A DNA stretch of 64,000 nucleotides from Mobula hypostoma (lineage: Eukaryota): the NCBI RefSeq assembly GCF_963921235.1, contig NC_086102.1:37138001-37202000 (forward strand), given 5' to 3'. Positions 11,560-25,500 of the stretch are shown here, one piece after another. The position numbers and the translations under genes were made by a program. The stretch's first letter is position 1, and every line of letters begins with the position of its first letter. The notes beneath the pieces are model-generated. The model was not told the DNA's origin, did no database searches, and was given only the letters and a program-made list of their open reading frames with translations.

Positions 11560-14500
11560 TTTATTGACTCTGCCTCTCGTCGCTTCTCCCGTCAAGCTCT
11601 GAAGGTGACCCTCTCTGCCATGAGGAGGTATTTGGTGTCCCTATCCCAGACCCTTCCACACCTTCGGGACACTTTCTTCGCCATCTGTAATGGTCCTACC
11701 CATTATTTCATCCTCCGTCGGATCCATGCCTGCAATCGCCATTTTTTTTGACTGTGTCATGTTAGGCAAAGATCGCAAGATCCTACATCTGCGGACCCCA
11801 GAGCCTGCTGGCCCTGAAACTAGCAGGCATGAACTTCAGATTGCCTCTGCCATTGATCTCGCCGGCTCCAACACCTCAGGGCATATTCAAAACCCGGACT
11901 CCAGCAACAACCATGGACACATTCAAAGCGATAGCACAACCACCAACTGCAACTCCAGCCTTGAGCTCCAGGCCGGGTCTTTATGTGCTGCTATTGTGAC
12001 TCCCGTCTCCCCTTCCCCCACCAATACTCTGCAATCCCGTCTCCCTCAGATCCCATCGTCAGCTCCTGGGTACTCAGAGGCTCCATCTTCCTCTCACCCC
12101 AACCCTCCCCTCTCCACCGACACCCCCAGCCTCCCCCCTCCCCCCTCTGATCCCAGCTCTCATTCATACCAGGTCTTTACCATCCCCTCCGACCTTCAAC
12201 TGTCAGAGGCAGAACGCTCTGTCCTCAGTAAGGGCCTCACCTTTGTCCCCCTTCGCCCACACCTCAGCGAGTTCCGTGTTCGCCACGATGCGGAACTTTT
12301 CTTCCGCCGTCTCCGTCTCCGAGCCTACTTCTTCGGTAAGGACTCTTCCACCCCCACCGATGACCCCTTCTCCCGTCTTCAACCCTCCTCTTCTTCATGG
12401 ACACCCTGCTCTGGATCTCTTTATCGCTATCTGCCGACGGGACATCAACCGTCTCGACTTCACCGCATCTTGTTCCCGTTCCAACCTCACTCCTTCCGAA
12501 CGCTCTGCTCTCCACTCCCTCCGCACTAATCCTAACCTTACTATTAAACCCGCCGATATGGGGGGTGCTGTTGTAGTCTGGCGTACTGACCTCTACCTTG
12601 CCGAGGCACAGCGACAACTTGCGGATACCTCCTTTTATTTACTCCTCGATCGTGACCCCACTAAGGAGCACCAGACCATTGTCTCCCACACCATCACCGA
12701 CTTTATCCGCTCAGGGGATCTCCCATCCACTGCTACCAACCTTATAGTTCCCACACCTCGCACTTCCCGTTTCTACCTCCTACCCAAGATCCACAAACCT
12801 GCCTGTCCTGGCAGACCTATTTGTCTCAGCTTGCTCCTGCCCCACCGAACTCGTTTCTGCATACCTGGACACGGTTTTATCACCCCTTATTCAATCCCTT
12901 CCTACCTATGTTCGTGACACTTCTCATGCTCTTAAACTTTTCGATGATTTTAAGTTCCCTGGCCCCCACCGCTTTATTTTCACCATGGATGTCCAGTCCC
13001 TATATACTTCCATCCCCCATCAGGAAGGTCTCAAAGCTCTCCACTTCTTTTTGGATTCCAGACCTAATCAGTTCCCCTCTACCACCACTCTGCTCCGTCT
13101 AGCGGAATTAGTCCTTACTCTTAATAATTTCTCCTTTGGCTCCTCCCACTTCCTCCAAACTAAAGGTGTAGCTATGGGCACCCGTATGGGTCCTAGCTAT
13201 GCCTGCCTTTTTGTTGGCTTTGTGGAACAATCTATGTTCTGTACCTATTCTGGTATCTGTCCCCCACTTTTCCTTCACTACATCGATGACTGCATTGGCG
13301 CTGCTTCCTGCACGCATGCTGAGCTCATTGACTTTATTAACTTTGCCTCCAACTTTCACCCTGCCCTCAAGTTTACCTGGTCCATTTCCGACACCTCCCT
13401 CCCCTTTCTAGATCTTTCTGTCTCTATCTCTGGAGACAGCTTATCCACTGATGTCTACTATAAGCCTACTGACTCTCACAGCTATCTGGACTATTCCTCT
13501 TCTCACCCTGTCTCTTGCAAAAACGCCATCCCCTTCTTGCAATTCCTCTGTCTCCGCCGCATCTGCTCTCAGGATGAGGCTTTTCATTCCAGGACAAGGG
13601 AGATGTTCTCCTTTTTTAAAGAAAGGGGCTTCCCTTCCTCCACCATCAACTCTGCTCTCAAACGCATCTCCTCCATTTCACGCACATCTGCTCTCACTCC
13701 ATCCTCCCGCCACCCCACTAGGAATAGGGTTCCCCTGGTCCTCACCTACCACCCCACCAGCCTCCGGGTCCAACATATTATTCTCCGTAACTTCCGCCAC
13801 CTCCAACGGGATCCCACCACTAAGCACATCTTTCCCTCCCCACCCCCCCCACTTTCCGCAGGGATTGCTCCCTACGCGACTCCCTTGTCCATTCGTTCCC
13901 CCCCCATCCCTCCCCACTGATCTCCCTCCTGGCACTTATCCTTGTAAGCGGAACAAGTGCTACACATGCCCTTACACTTCCTCCCTTACCACCATTCAGG
14001 GCCCCAGACAGTCCTTCCAGGTGAGGCCATACTTCACCTGTGAGTCGGCTGGGGTGATATACTGCGTCCGGTGCTCCCGATGTAGCCTTCTATATATTGG
14101 CGAGACCCGACGCAGACTGGGAGACCGCTTTGCTGAACACGTACGCTCTGTCCGCCAGAGAAAGCAGAATCTCCCAGTGGCCACACATTTTAATTCCACA
14201 TCCCATTCCCATTCTGACATGTCTATCCACGGCCTCCTCTACCGTAAAGATGAAGCCACACTCAGGTTGGAGGAACAACACCCTATATTCCGTCTGGGTA
14301 GCTTCCAACCTGATGGCATGAACATTGACTTCTCTAACTTCCACTAATGCCCCACCTCCCCCTTGTACCCCATCTGTTATTTATTTTTATACACACATTC
14401 TTTCTCTCACTCTCCTTTTTCTCCCTCTGTCCCTCTGACTATACCCCTTGCCCATCCTCTGGGTCCCCCCCCCTTGTCTTTCTCCCTGGGCCTCCTGTCC

Positions 14501-14773
14501 CATGATCCTCTCATATCCCCTTTGCCAATCACCTGTCCAGCTCTTGGCTCCATCCCTCCCCCTCCTGTCTTCTCCTATCATTTTGGATCTCCCCCTCCCC
14601 CTCCCACTTTCAAATCTCTTACTAACTCTTCCTTCAGTTAGTCCTGATGAAGGGTCTCGGCCTGAAACATCGAATGTACCTCTTCCTAGAGATGCTGCCT
14701 GGCCTGTTGCGTTCACCAGCAACTTTGATGAGTGTTGCTTGAATTTCCAGCATCTGCAGAATTCCTGTTGTTT
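11560..14773 (+). mobile_element. Penelope-like retroelement (RT + GIY-YIG), near full length, frameshifted
   Basis: N-terminal LSKGLTFVP; RT motifs MDVQSLYTSIPH, GVAMGTRMGPSYA and YIDD; CKRNKCYTC linker; GIY-YIG (VIYCVRCSRCSLLYIGETRRRLGDRFAEH). Frameshifts near 12415, 12820 and 13840. Lies in a BBX intron in sense orientation. Confidence 0.93.
14640..14675 (+). ncRNA. Minimal hammerhead ribozyme motif, degenerate
   Basis: AGTC-CTGATGA-AGGGTCTCGGCCT-GAAAC-ATC-GAAT; the helix III palindrome and helix I each carry a mismatch. Confidence 0.6.
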
Positions 14774-16367
14774 GAGATTTATGTTTGCAGGCTCGGCTTT
14801 GTCTCGGGTATCAGGGACGCAACAGTCCATTTCTGGATGCTATCTGTGGAAGAGAATTGATTCTCCTTTCCACTCATCCCCCACAGCTTTTGTTGATCAT
14901 CTTCTACCCAGTACTATGCAGCAGACCCATGCATGGCACTGTGGTCATGGTTCTGAGTGTACTTCTGAAAAGAACTAGCTCTTGCCAGTATTGACTTTGC
15001 TGTACAATCAACTGGTAACCGTGAGCCCGGACATGAGCATTGCCCAACACTGCCCACACAATTCTTGGTTGACCTAGATTAATCAAACGGTGTTCTTTAA
15101 AGTAGAACTTACTTTATCTTAGTACTTGCGTAATTCCCTCAGATTCTGCTAAACCTTTGTGCTGGATGGAATGCTACTTTGTCATTACTTATGCAGTTTC
15201 TGCCTTACCTTTTGATGATCTCATCTGGTGCTTCTGATCTTGGCTGTACTTTAGATCTGTGCTTTGTAATTGTGCACCTTGTATTCCCTCTACTCCTACT
15301 CCTTGCTGTCTCTCTTCTCCTCTTCCATTGTTGATTGTGTCCCACTCCTTATCAATGTTTTTCACCACTGTTCCTCTGCTCAACTTGCCTGAGGGAGATT
15401 GAGCTGGAAACCTCGAACTAGAGATCTTGCCTTTGGACGGAGGAAAGATCAAGATGGGAGTGAAATAGAGACTTTTCTTTATGCAAGGTCTTTTGAACTC
15501 TACCTTACACCTTAGATAGCTGTGGTTGGTCAGTCACTGTGTTGTAGACTCAGGTGGGTGGAGTTTTGGGGATTCGGAGAGTGAGAAGCACAATTCATTG
15601 TGTTTTATAATGAAGCAGGCTTGAGGAGCTGTGTTGTCATCTTCCACTTCTGTTCCTGGGGTTGCCATATTGTTAAATGTGTAAGCTTAGAAATGTTAAT
15701 ACACCCAGAAATGTGTGCTGTAGATGGATGTTAGATCAGTGTACTAAAAAACTTACACTTTTTTGTAAATGTATATTGCATATTTTGTGTTTGGAAATGT
15801 ATTGCTCAGATCCAGGGGTGAGGCATTCAGTACAGGCTGAGATTTAGTACGAGGGTAAGTGGTCAAGTGTGGAGTTATGTACTTCAGCGATGGGATCTAA
15901 GAGTCAGAGTTATTGATAAGGCAAAGTAGTTTGACAATAAGTAGGTAGGTACGAGGCAGAAAGGAGATTACAATATGTACAATAGCTGCTATTTAAACAT
16001 TTACATTTCACACAAGTAGCCATGGACCACCTTCTATCAACTGATCTTAGAATGGACAGAGCTTATTTTCGTACAATAATAATAGATGTGATCTTTAATA
16101 ATAACACTCTATTCAAAAGTGACAAAATTTGTATGATTTCATACGTAGCCACACTAATAATGCTGTCATCAGCACAGCATATACAGAGATATTGTGCTGT
16201 ATTATCCTCGTAGTGCAAGTGACAAAGGCTGATGTAAGGAGCTTAAAGGTTACCTATATCTTGACTTTCCATAAATTGGAATAGATTATGGATTTACCAT
16301 GTATCACAAATCAGTTTGGTGAAGGCCAGCATTTTCTTTTTTTTATATTTTTATTTATATTTTTTAG

Positions 16368-16439
16368 GATCATCTGCACCTCAGAAAATAGTCAGCAAGT
16401 TTAAACACCAAAAGGACACACTTCATTTAACTGATAAAG
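16368..16439 (+). CDS. BBX: BBX small symmetric (phase 1-1) coding exon
   Basis: Long polypyrimidine tract ending ttttag|GA, donor G|gtacta. 72 nt reading GSSAPQKIVSKFKHQKDTLHLTDK; human has KIVSKYKHKK. Confidence 0.85.
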
Positions 16440-17387
16440 GTACTAAAAGGGGTTAACATTGCTGTATACATTTTCTCATAGGGTGTGGGTGTCAAGGTAA
16501 GTGTCAGGATGCTTGCAGCTCTTGATCCTTTCAGATTTATTGTGTCATCCAGGTTCAGCGTAAGAGTTGTAAGTCCATTTATTCAGGTGACAGTGCATAG
16601 ACAGAAATGTGAACAAAACAAATTCAGTGGCATTTCCACACATTAAAACATATACAGATTTAACTGCCTGTGTGAAACTGTTAGGTTATATTGTGACATT
16701 GTAATCTGTTAAATAGTAATCACACCCATGATAATCATTGTCTGGTAACCTCTGCATATTACAGGGGTCATTAATTACAATATTTCTGAGACAGATTATG
16801 CTTTCTTTCAGCGGAGTATCCATTAAAATGAATTACTGCTATGAAATTGTTTCAAGGCGTTTGTTTTACTATTAGTTCTTAAAAGTCACACTGCTTTGTG
16901 TTGCTAGTAATGCTAAGTAGCATGAAACCTTACTTAGGAAGAGAAACTTAAAACAGAGTAGACCTCTGTACAATGATTTTGGAATTGAATTTTGAACTTG
17001 CTCTGATACAACTATGATTAGCAATACAATTTAACTATGTGTCAGATAATAAATATACATGTATATTTAGATTCTATTGAAGTGTTCATTTCAAATAAAG
17101 ACGAACATTCTGCTGTTCTCTGTAATGTTACTACATGTAATTAGGTTTCCTTTTAGATCCAATAGCTTCTTCAGATGGAGACACTAAGTAAAAATTGCTG
17201 CTTAGGTGGACCATTTGTTTGAAGTCCACACAAAAATCAATAAGGGAGATCTAACCATTAAGATATAACTTGGCATTAAATATATGTGTACATTGTCTCT
17301 GAATAAACTACTGAAGAAGCCTTGATTCAAGTTCAGGTTTACAGCTGTGATGTTTGTAATTTAGCATAGTTGTTTCTTCTACTTCAG

Positions 17388-17573
17388 CCATATTCCCACA
17401 AGATACAAACTCTGAGGATCATGCGGAGAAAGAAGATCATGCACCATCAATTCCAAGCAGTCTACTAATGGTCACACAAGAACCACTCGTTGGCAGCCAA
17501 AAGCGCAAGGCCAGAAAAACAAAAATAACACACCTAATCCGAACAGCTGATGGACGATTGTCACCTGCAGGGG
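17388..17573 (+). CDS. BBX: BBX coding exon
   Basis: acttcag|CC...G|gtgagt, phase 1-1. Reads AIFPQD...TQEPLVGSQKRKARKTKITHLIRTADGRLSPAG, near-identical to the human motif. Confidence 0.96.
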
Positions 17574-18206
17574 GTGAGTACATCATGGCAGATTTTAGTT
17601 AGTGGCAAAGAAACCAAGTTTATCATTGAGTACAAGCTAACTTGAACTGTTCCAATGAGAGGGAGTTATTTATGTAGTGTGTCTCGAGTTGTAAATGGGA
17701 CAACTGTTCCCTGGAGAACATTGTGAAGCAGTAGTGGTTTATCAGTAAACCTGGCCATGTTCTCAATATTACAGTTCAATATGATCACTGTAACCCTGTA
17801 CAATGTGATAAACTATATAAAGTACACTGATGAACTCCCTATGCAGAGTTTCCTGGAATCCATGGAAACAGCAGCAGAAAATGGGAGTGTAATTTCACCT
17901 TAAATATAGATTCTTCTGGCTAATAAATATGAACAATTCTGTTGGATCTTTTGGATGTTAAACAGTTCGTATCACAGTGAGTCTCTGATCTCTCATGCAT
18001 AAGAATTAATGAGGAGTAAGCATGTAGCTCCAGGGAAAGGTAATGGACAGATCTAATCATCCAGTCTGTGTACATGTATCTGCTAACATCATTAACACCA
18101 CAGCACAACTGGCAGAGGCTTAATCCGTTGTGGAAAATAATTCACTTGTAATGTTGAAAAGGAAAAGTACGTAACATATCTTAAAATTGCTTTTCAATTT
18201 CTGCAG

Positions 18207-18414
18207 ACCTAACAAAGGAGAAGATGTTATGTAAACAGGAGAAGAAAAAGCAGCCAGTAAAGACAGATGGTTTGACTAGTGGAGTCAACTATGGTAGCTC
18301 AGAAAATGAACAGGCTTGCAGTATTTCACCAGAAGTGCAAACTACATCAGCTATCCCAGCATTCTTCAGTTTAGCTGCCTTGGCAGAGGTTGCGGCAATG
18401 GAAAATGCACACAG
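18207..18414 (+). CDS. BBX: BBX penultimate coding exon
   Basis: tttctgcag|AC...AG|gtgaga, phase 1 to 2. Ends AFFSLAALAEVAAMENAHR (human AFFSLAALAEVAAMENVHR). Confidence 0.96.
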
Positions 18415-19501
18415 GTGAGAAGTAAACTAGGTATCGGTTACTGTATAATAATAAAGAAACTACAGAGTGACAAAGAGAACTGCTCAGCAGATGAAGACAA
18501 TTTCAATAAATGGGTGAGAGAGCACACACCAGAATCATTAAATAAATTATTTTACAATCATTTTATGAAAATGTGATAATGACCCAGATTAAGATGTTGC
18601 CAGTGAGGCACTCAAATTAATATCGACTAACAAAGCAAATTTGAGAATTTGCGAAATGAATCTGAGACATTACAGTATAGCAAAGCTCCTGAGCCATAAA
18701 TGCCATTCCGTGGGAGCCACTTCTAACGCAGCAGCAAGAAAGCTTGTGAAGGTTTTCCCTATAGGCAAGCTGTTAGCATATTTAGTATGTTACAGTTTTA
18801 AAAGTTAAGATGCATATAATGATAAGGTGAATAAAAATCCTTAATTCTTTGCAGCTACTCATTGTTCATTTCAGTGGGGAAGATATCAGTGTATAAGAAC
18901 TTACTCAAGTTGTGTGAAATTCCTGTAGCTTCCCACTCAGCCTCTGGACTCTATATGGAAGTCAATATTGGAGCCCGTCGAAGAAGTATCAAGAAGTTTG
19001 GATTTGTAGCATTTCCCCACGCAATCCAGCCCATTAATGCTTTTCACAGTAATTTTTTAGGTCTACATTTAGGATAATTTTGTTGGTTATTTGCTTAACC
19101 TAACACCTCCGACAGACTCGTACTAGTTGGGAGTGTTTGATCCAATGGGTACATGATATTTCCTCCATAGTAATGGGTCCATACTTAATATTTACTGTTC
19201 AGCCTTTCACCTTCCAATAGGGCTCTTTGAGATTCTCTGGTTAGTGGGATCCTTTAGGAGACCAGAGCAGGCAATCCAAGAACCAAGGGCCCAAGATTGG
19301 GGTATCAGCTTAATAGTTTAATCAAAGCTTCACTCACACACCTACCGTTGCATATGTACACATAGATCCAGATGCAGAAAGCTCATCAAATTGCAATAAA
19401 TTGAGTCCCAAGGAAATCTGGCCTTAGAATGCTACTAATTAAAACACTCCATCAATATTTATTTCTGTTGTGCTGATTCTCAGTTTATCTTTCATCTGCA
19501 G

Positions 19502-19589
19502 AGGCCAACATTCAGTTTCTCTGAACCACGATGGACAGCCCAAGGAAATGGCGCAAACGGCAGTACTTATCTCCTGTGCAGACCAATAA
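19502..19589 (+). CDS. BBX: BBX last coding exon (to stop codon)
   Basis: ttcatctgcag|A, phase 2. Reads GQHSVSLNHDGQPKEMAQTAVLISCADQ-TAA (human ends HDGQPKEMPQAPVLISCADQ). Confidence 0.96.
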
Positions 19590-22500
19590 TCTGTGATTGA
19601 TTTGTATCCCAACAAAATCTGCAATGCAGAGGGATGAATCCATAAGGCCTGATATTGACTGCATTGTGGGAACCTCACCTTTCCATGGCTGGACAGGGAG
19701 GCACAGTCTGAATAACGTCCCATAAGCTCAGAATATAAACGAATGGGGCTAATTTCCTCAGCTGTTGCACCCAATCTGAAGACAACTTGGTTATATAAAA
19801 GAATTGCTGTTACACAGAACAAAAGGCCATGAAATCTACTGGCAACTCTTGCAGTTGGACGCTGTGCGATTAGAGTGTGAGCTACTCAGATTTGCTGCAA
19901 ATTTTAGCTTTTCTCAAGTAACACTGATGCACTGTGCTAGTGACTAGATATCGTCAAGTTCTCTTTGTTTTCCCTATTTTTAAAAAAGAAGCACATTATG
20001 ATTTAAGTTTTAGAAAAACTGTAATCATGAACTTCTACCTGATCACTGAAATGATGGTGGGAAGAAAATATATTATTAAAAATACTTAACATTTTGCTCA
20101 TTACATTAAGAAATTTTATTTCAACAGCATCTACTTAGTTGAAAATATCTCTTACTCTGTAGTTGAGTTTAAAAGCGAATCTGCCTCTGAACAGATGGTA
20201 CATTTTTTTTTACACACTGTTTTTGCTTGAGTTTTTTTTTCCATAATGACTTCATACCTATTGTTTTCGCGTTATATTGCTAAACCTCACTGACCCTGCA
20301 CTGGGCCAGTTTACTGGACATGACTGTTTTCCTATATACTGTCAAGATATGTAAAATAATTTGCTTATTTTTTTAAGCAATTAGGCACTAATAGTGGCAT
20401 AAATCCTGTAAGCTTTTTAGGTCCCAACTGTTGCACTGCTGTGTTTTTTACAGTGAATGATTATTATGATGGTTGTAGGGTTACTAATTCAGCAAATTAC
20501 TGAAGAGAAATTCAGGTTTTATTTCAGGTTGCAGAAGTATATCAGCACAAAGAAATCAACATCTTCTGTCAGACCAACAGCTAGAATTACTGATGTTTTG
20601 TACTACTTTGTTTAAATGCAAAATATTTTATTCCTATATTAGTTGAAGATCATGTTACCAGAATGGGAAAACAACTGGGAATTACAAAGAACATTTCAAA
20701 GTAGTTGTTCAAATTTTAAGGGTATTATTCTACAGTCTCAAACACAGTTCTTATGCAGTTCAGTGAAGTCACAGTAATACAGATGTAATTATAAGCTATG
20801 TTGTATTTTATGGTTGTTAGTTCAACATCTTGATACCAGTAATCCTGAAAATAGATTAATACTGTGCAAGCAGTAGTCTTATTTTCAGGACATTCGCAAG
20901 GATCATTTAATATTTAATAAGCACCACAGAATGGAATAGTACATGCTGTTCACAGCAATGAAACTTGGTTATTTTAGTAAATTTTTATTGGAATTTGCAA
21001 TGAAATAGTACAGTTAAAATGAAACAAATTTTTCCAAAGCATTCCTACTGATTAAACACTTTTTTCTGGACTAGGTCTGAATTAATCTTATATTTGGTGT
21101 GACACTTATAACAGAGATGTTAACATGGGCTCATTGAGCCTTTGTACTAATTTTATACATCTTTTGACAAAATGATCATATGCCCTACAATTTACATTTG
21201 CAAAGTTAAAATTTAAACTTTCAAGATTTATATTTTAGATTGGTGAGTAGAATTAGTGAATCAGACGAGTGACAGAATAGCAAAGAGCCATTATTTCAGA
21301 GTATGTGCCATTACTTCAGAGTTCTAAAATAAGATACACTTAACAGTTATTTTAATAATAGATTAATTATTATAAATTCAAAAGTAATCTTGATTGTCAG
21401 GTTAATGTGCTTTTTCAAATTCAGTAAAGGAACTTGATTTGGCTTTGTGAACTAGACAGGTGCTTTGAAGATCTAAAGTGTTTGCCTCAAAGAAGATTTG
21501 TGGTAATGTTGGTCATTCTCAGGACTTCTAAAAGTGATACAAAAAGCTTTCAGTAACGCCTTAAATGGTACAAGCCATCATGATTCTGTTTTTATTTAAA
21601 TTTGCACTCTTGTGCTGTTTTTGTTAATTATACTGACAGTTCTACATTGTATCTTTACCCCAGGTATAATCTGCTAACAATGAGGAACAAATAAAACTAT
21701 TGCTGAGGACTTGTACCAAATATATGACCAATGATGTCTTCCAACAGCATGTGCCACTGAACATAATAGTATGTGGGCAGCAAATGAAACCAGAAGTAAG
21801 CTCACCATGTTAGTTCTGCAGTGAAATCATAGTGAAGAAGAGAGGCTGGGGATGCGTGGGGAAAATAGTAGCTGTGATTATAGGAGCTGGTGGAGGAATC
21901 GGGAGGGAATTTGATTCTGTACAGAATGCAAAGCACAGAAACCTGAATACATCTACTTGTATGACTCGGATAAGGGAAATAAATATATACTTCACTGTTC
22001 AAAGAAACTTCAGCTACTAGAGCATGTATTGTTTTCTTATTGGAAATGTACAACCAACTGCAGGATCCACTTAAATGTTGTGTTAGTTGATGGTTCATAT
22101 TTCAACTTTGAATACATTGGGAAGATCATAAAAATGATTAGTAAGTTCTAAACATTGCCCAGATACATGAAACTGGTTCACCTGGATCTGCAAATATCAT
22201 CCATCAAATCCTTTACCAAAGTGAATTTTTGGCTGCAAAGACACAATCCCTAGGATGAGTTTTGGAACTGGCACATCATCAACAGGGAAATTAATGTATC
22301 AGAATTGTTGATTGAATTGCAATACCAAACTAGCCACATATATTTTAGAAAGCTAAGGCTGTATTACTGTATTCTGGGCTTCGGTCTTAACTGCTGACAC
22401 AGAAGATAGATGCACTTTTCTCAACCAACAATATATGAAACTGTAAAACAAACATCCCGATTTTTCTTTGCGCGGAATTTGAAATTTGCCATTTATTTTT

Positions 22501-25500
22501 CCAGCCACGGAGTACAGGCCATGATTAGGCATAAAGTAGCTGGAACACTCCATCCTGGTAACATGATCCTTTATACAATTGTATGCAGCTTTATACAATA
22601 TTTTGTTTCTCTTTTCACTCTAGCTGTAAATAACATCTTGTTAAAGTTTTGTGAAATTGTCATCTTCGCTTGTCATTAGAAATATCGTCTTTTCCTTGTT
22701 GTAGAAACCAGCTTCTGCCCAAAGTCTAGCTAATATTTAAAAATGGAGAAGTACACAAAAGTAACTGTATTTAAATGTTACAATGCTTTTTCACAAAAGT
22801 TGAGTATAATGATAAAAATGTCTACTTTTTATGCCTGACCAAGTAGAATACAATTCATTGTATTTTTGCATTAATTTTGTTTGTTTTACTGTTAAGTGAC
22901 GTTTCCATGACATTGATAGGTGGGTATGGAGTTTAATAGTGAGCTCCTCCTTTGAATTATAGAAAGAGAGTGTGACTATTTTGAAGTATAGCTTATTGCA
23001 CTTGATATCACTTTTTTAGCATGTGAAAAGACTGCAAAATTTGATCACCAATGTAGAGAAGTGAGAGTTCCTAAACCAGGTAATTGAATGCCTATCAGCT
23101 GTCCTGGTGCCTATTCTGGAAGTGTACCCATTTGCTTACAAAGAGCTTTACTATTCATGGATTGAGCAAAGCAAATAACAGGGAGAATTAATGAATCATA
23201 TCTGTATAATACTGCTTCTGTTTTCACTACAGTAAATTGTTATGGGAGAAGCAGTGGAAATAGCAGGAGCTATTACAGAGTGAATGTACTGTTCTTGCCA
23301 CCATTGTGCAGAAGTGGACAGTAGGATGGATATCGCTGAATTTTTCTTTGTGGCTCAATCTTTCCTTTCCTGAAGCGTTAGCACACTTAAATTTTGCCCA
23401 CTGTGCATATTTGAATGGACACATCGTGTGAAACTTGGGTCTGTGCCAGAAATCTCTCCAGGCTTCTGCTCCAATGCCAGAACCTTAGAAGTTGTTTGAT
23501 GGATACCCTGTAAAAATACGTTCTGTGGGAGTGAATGTAGGAAGGCCCACAGTAGAAATTTAACAACCAGGCAATTAACCCTGATATGCATTCAACTTCA
23601 TTACCATCTTTAAACAAACATATTTCTTGGGGAATTTGGTTTGTTGAAGATTTGATACTTGATATAACTATTGGAAAAATTCATAGAACATTTATACATT
23701 GGGATTACATATTACCAAATTTTATTTTGATCATTTTTAAAAATGCTGAATCATTGAAGGTTAGTTATTAAATCAGTTCAGAGATTATTTCTACATAGAA
23801 AACATCCTATGATTATATTTCTTTTAAGTGAGTTGCAATAATAGTTATGTAAGGCTTCTAATTTGTTCCTCCTGCTGGAATTGTTTGTGTAACTAAAATG
23901 ATGTAATGATCTGCCAATCTACATGGTATTACAAGTTACACTTTTAGTTTTAGCAACCTAAGAATTTCCATTAATCTGCATGGGAATAGTCCAGGCAATT
24001 TCAGTCTGATATGTACAGAAGGTTTATCTAATCCTTGATTTAAGTGTTTTATTTACAAAGCATCACATGCATAATTTATAGTAGCATATTTTAAATAGCT
24101 TTTGGTATTAAGAAATGCAATAACCAATCACTTTTTCTATTGTGAGTACAATGAATGAGACAGTTAAGGGTAGGATTGTATGTATATTTGGAGTTCATTC
24201 TCCTGTAGAAAAGGTAGAAAGCAATCGAACAGTCTTAAAGGCATAACTCTATTACCTGCATACAAAGACAAAAAAGACTAATTTTGATTACAAACATTTA
24301 GCTCATTTAAATTTGTTGAAGACCAAGTTGATAAGTCACTCAATTTTTCAAAGCCTGTGTCGTAAAAATGAATAATAATTTGTTAAACTGAGCATTAATA
24401 GATTTATTGTTAAAGATTACTCTGAATTAGAATGGAGATGGCAGCAGATTATTATTGTCAAGTAACTAATAATCATTCAGACAAGAAATCCTGGGATATT
24501 GATCTAATTTCATTGTAGATGTGAAAATATGCTTTCTGGATGGAATTTCGTAATTCAGATATAACATGCACATCTTTATTGTAGATGTTTATTTTAAATA
24601 TTAGAACTTTAACAGATAATATAATGTAATTTCTTTTTTACCTTCTATTGTAAGGCATAGCTTAAGAAACTGAAAATGTGCAGTGTCTAGAAGACAGTTC
24701 TCTGGCCTTAAAATTACTTAAGTTTTTCTTAAATTGGAATTGAAAACAAAGACAGCTTTACAAAATTTAAATTTTTTAATATTGTTATGTCTTAGTTATA
24801 ATTGCTGCAGTAACAATGTAGCCAAAGGGTTCATTTGTAGTAGTATTTCTTACACATTGTTTGAAGTTGAATGAAGAAAATGTTTACTTTTTAAAATATA
24901 TATATATTGAAAGGAAAATAAGTCTACTGACCTAGTTGTGTCTACAAACTAACATCTTTTATATTACACCCATTTGGTCAGGTTGAAGCCTTGGCCACAG
25001 TAATTAGTCCAGTAGAAATCCCAAATAACAAGAGGAATACAATGATAAAACATTGTGTAATGTACCATTAAAAGCATGGAGTGTGGCCTAAAAAGGGAGG
25101 CGGGAAGCTGTAATGCACCTAATCTATTGACCAAATGTATGATGCAATTTAATAATTTATAAATATTTGTTTTTGGCCAATTAAAATGATTTCAGTAGTA
25201 TATTTGTAAATGATGGCTCACCAAGTAGGCTGAAATATTTAATTTTTTTTTGGAAAGGGGTAGAATGATGTAATAATGTACAGTTCATTTTAATTTTAAT
25301 ACCAAAAATGCAGGGATGTTTTCTGATTCACAAAAAAGTATTAAAGGAATTATATTTCATTAGAATAAAAAGCAAATTTATAAATACATAGACAGTCTGA
25401 ATGATATTTACTAACTTTGAAGACCAGCATTAATTTCTGTCACTATTCGAACCATTAGGGTTTAGTTAAAACAGTTAAAATGAAGATCAACACCTTGCGC

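Noticed and set aside
17157-17205. Possible extra BBX exon after tttccttttag
   Set aside because: The phase-1 reading hits TAA after 11 codons, available donors break the frame, and there is no similarity to the human segment.
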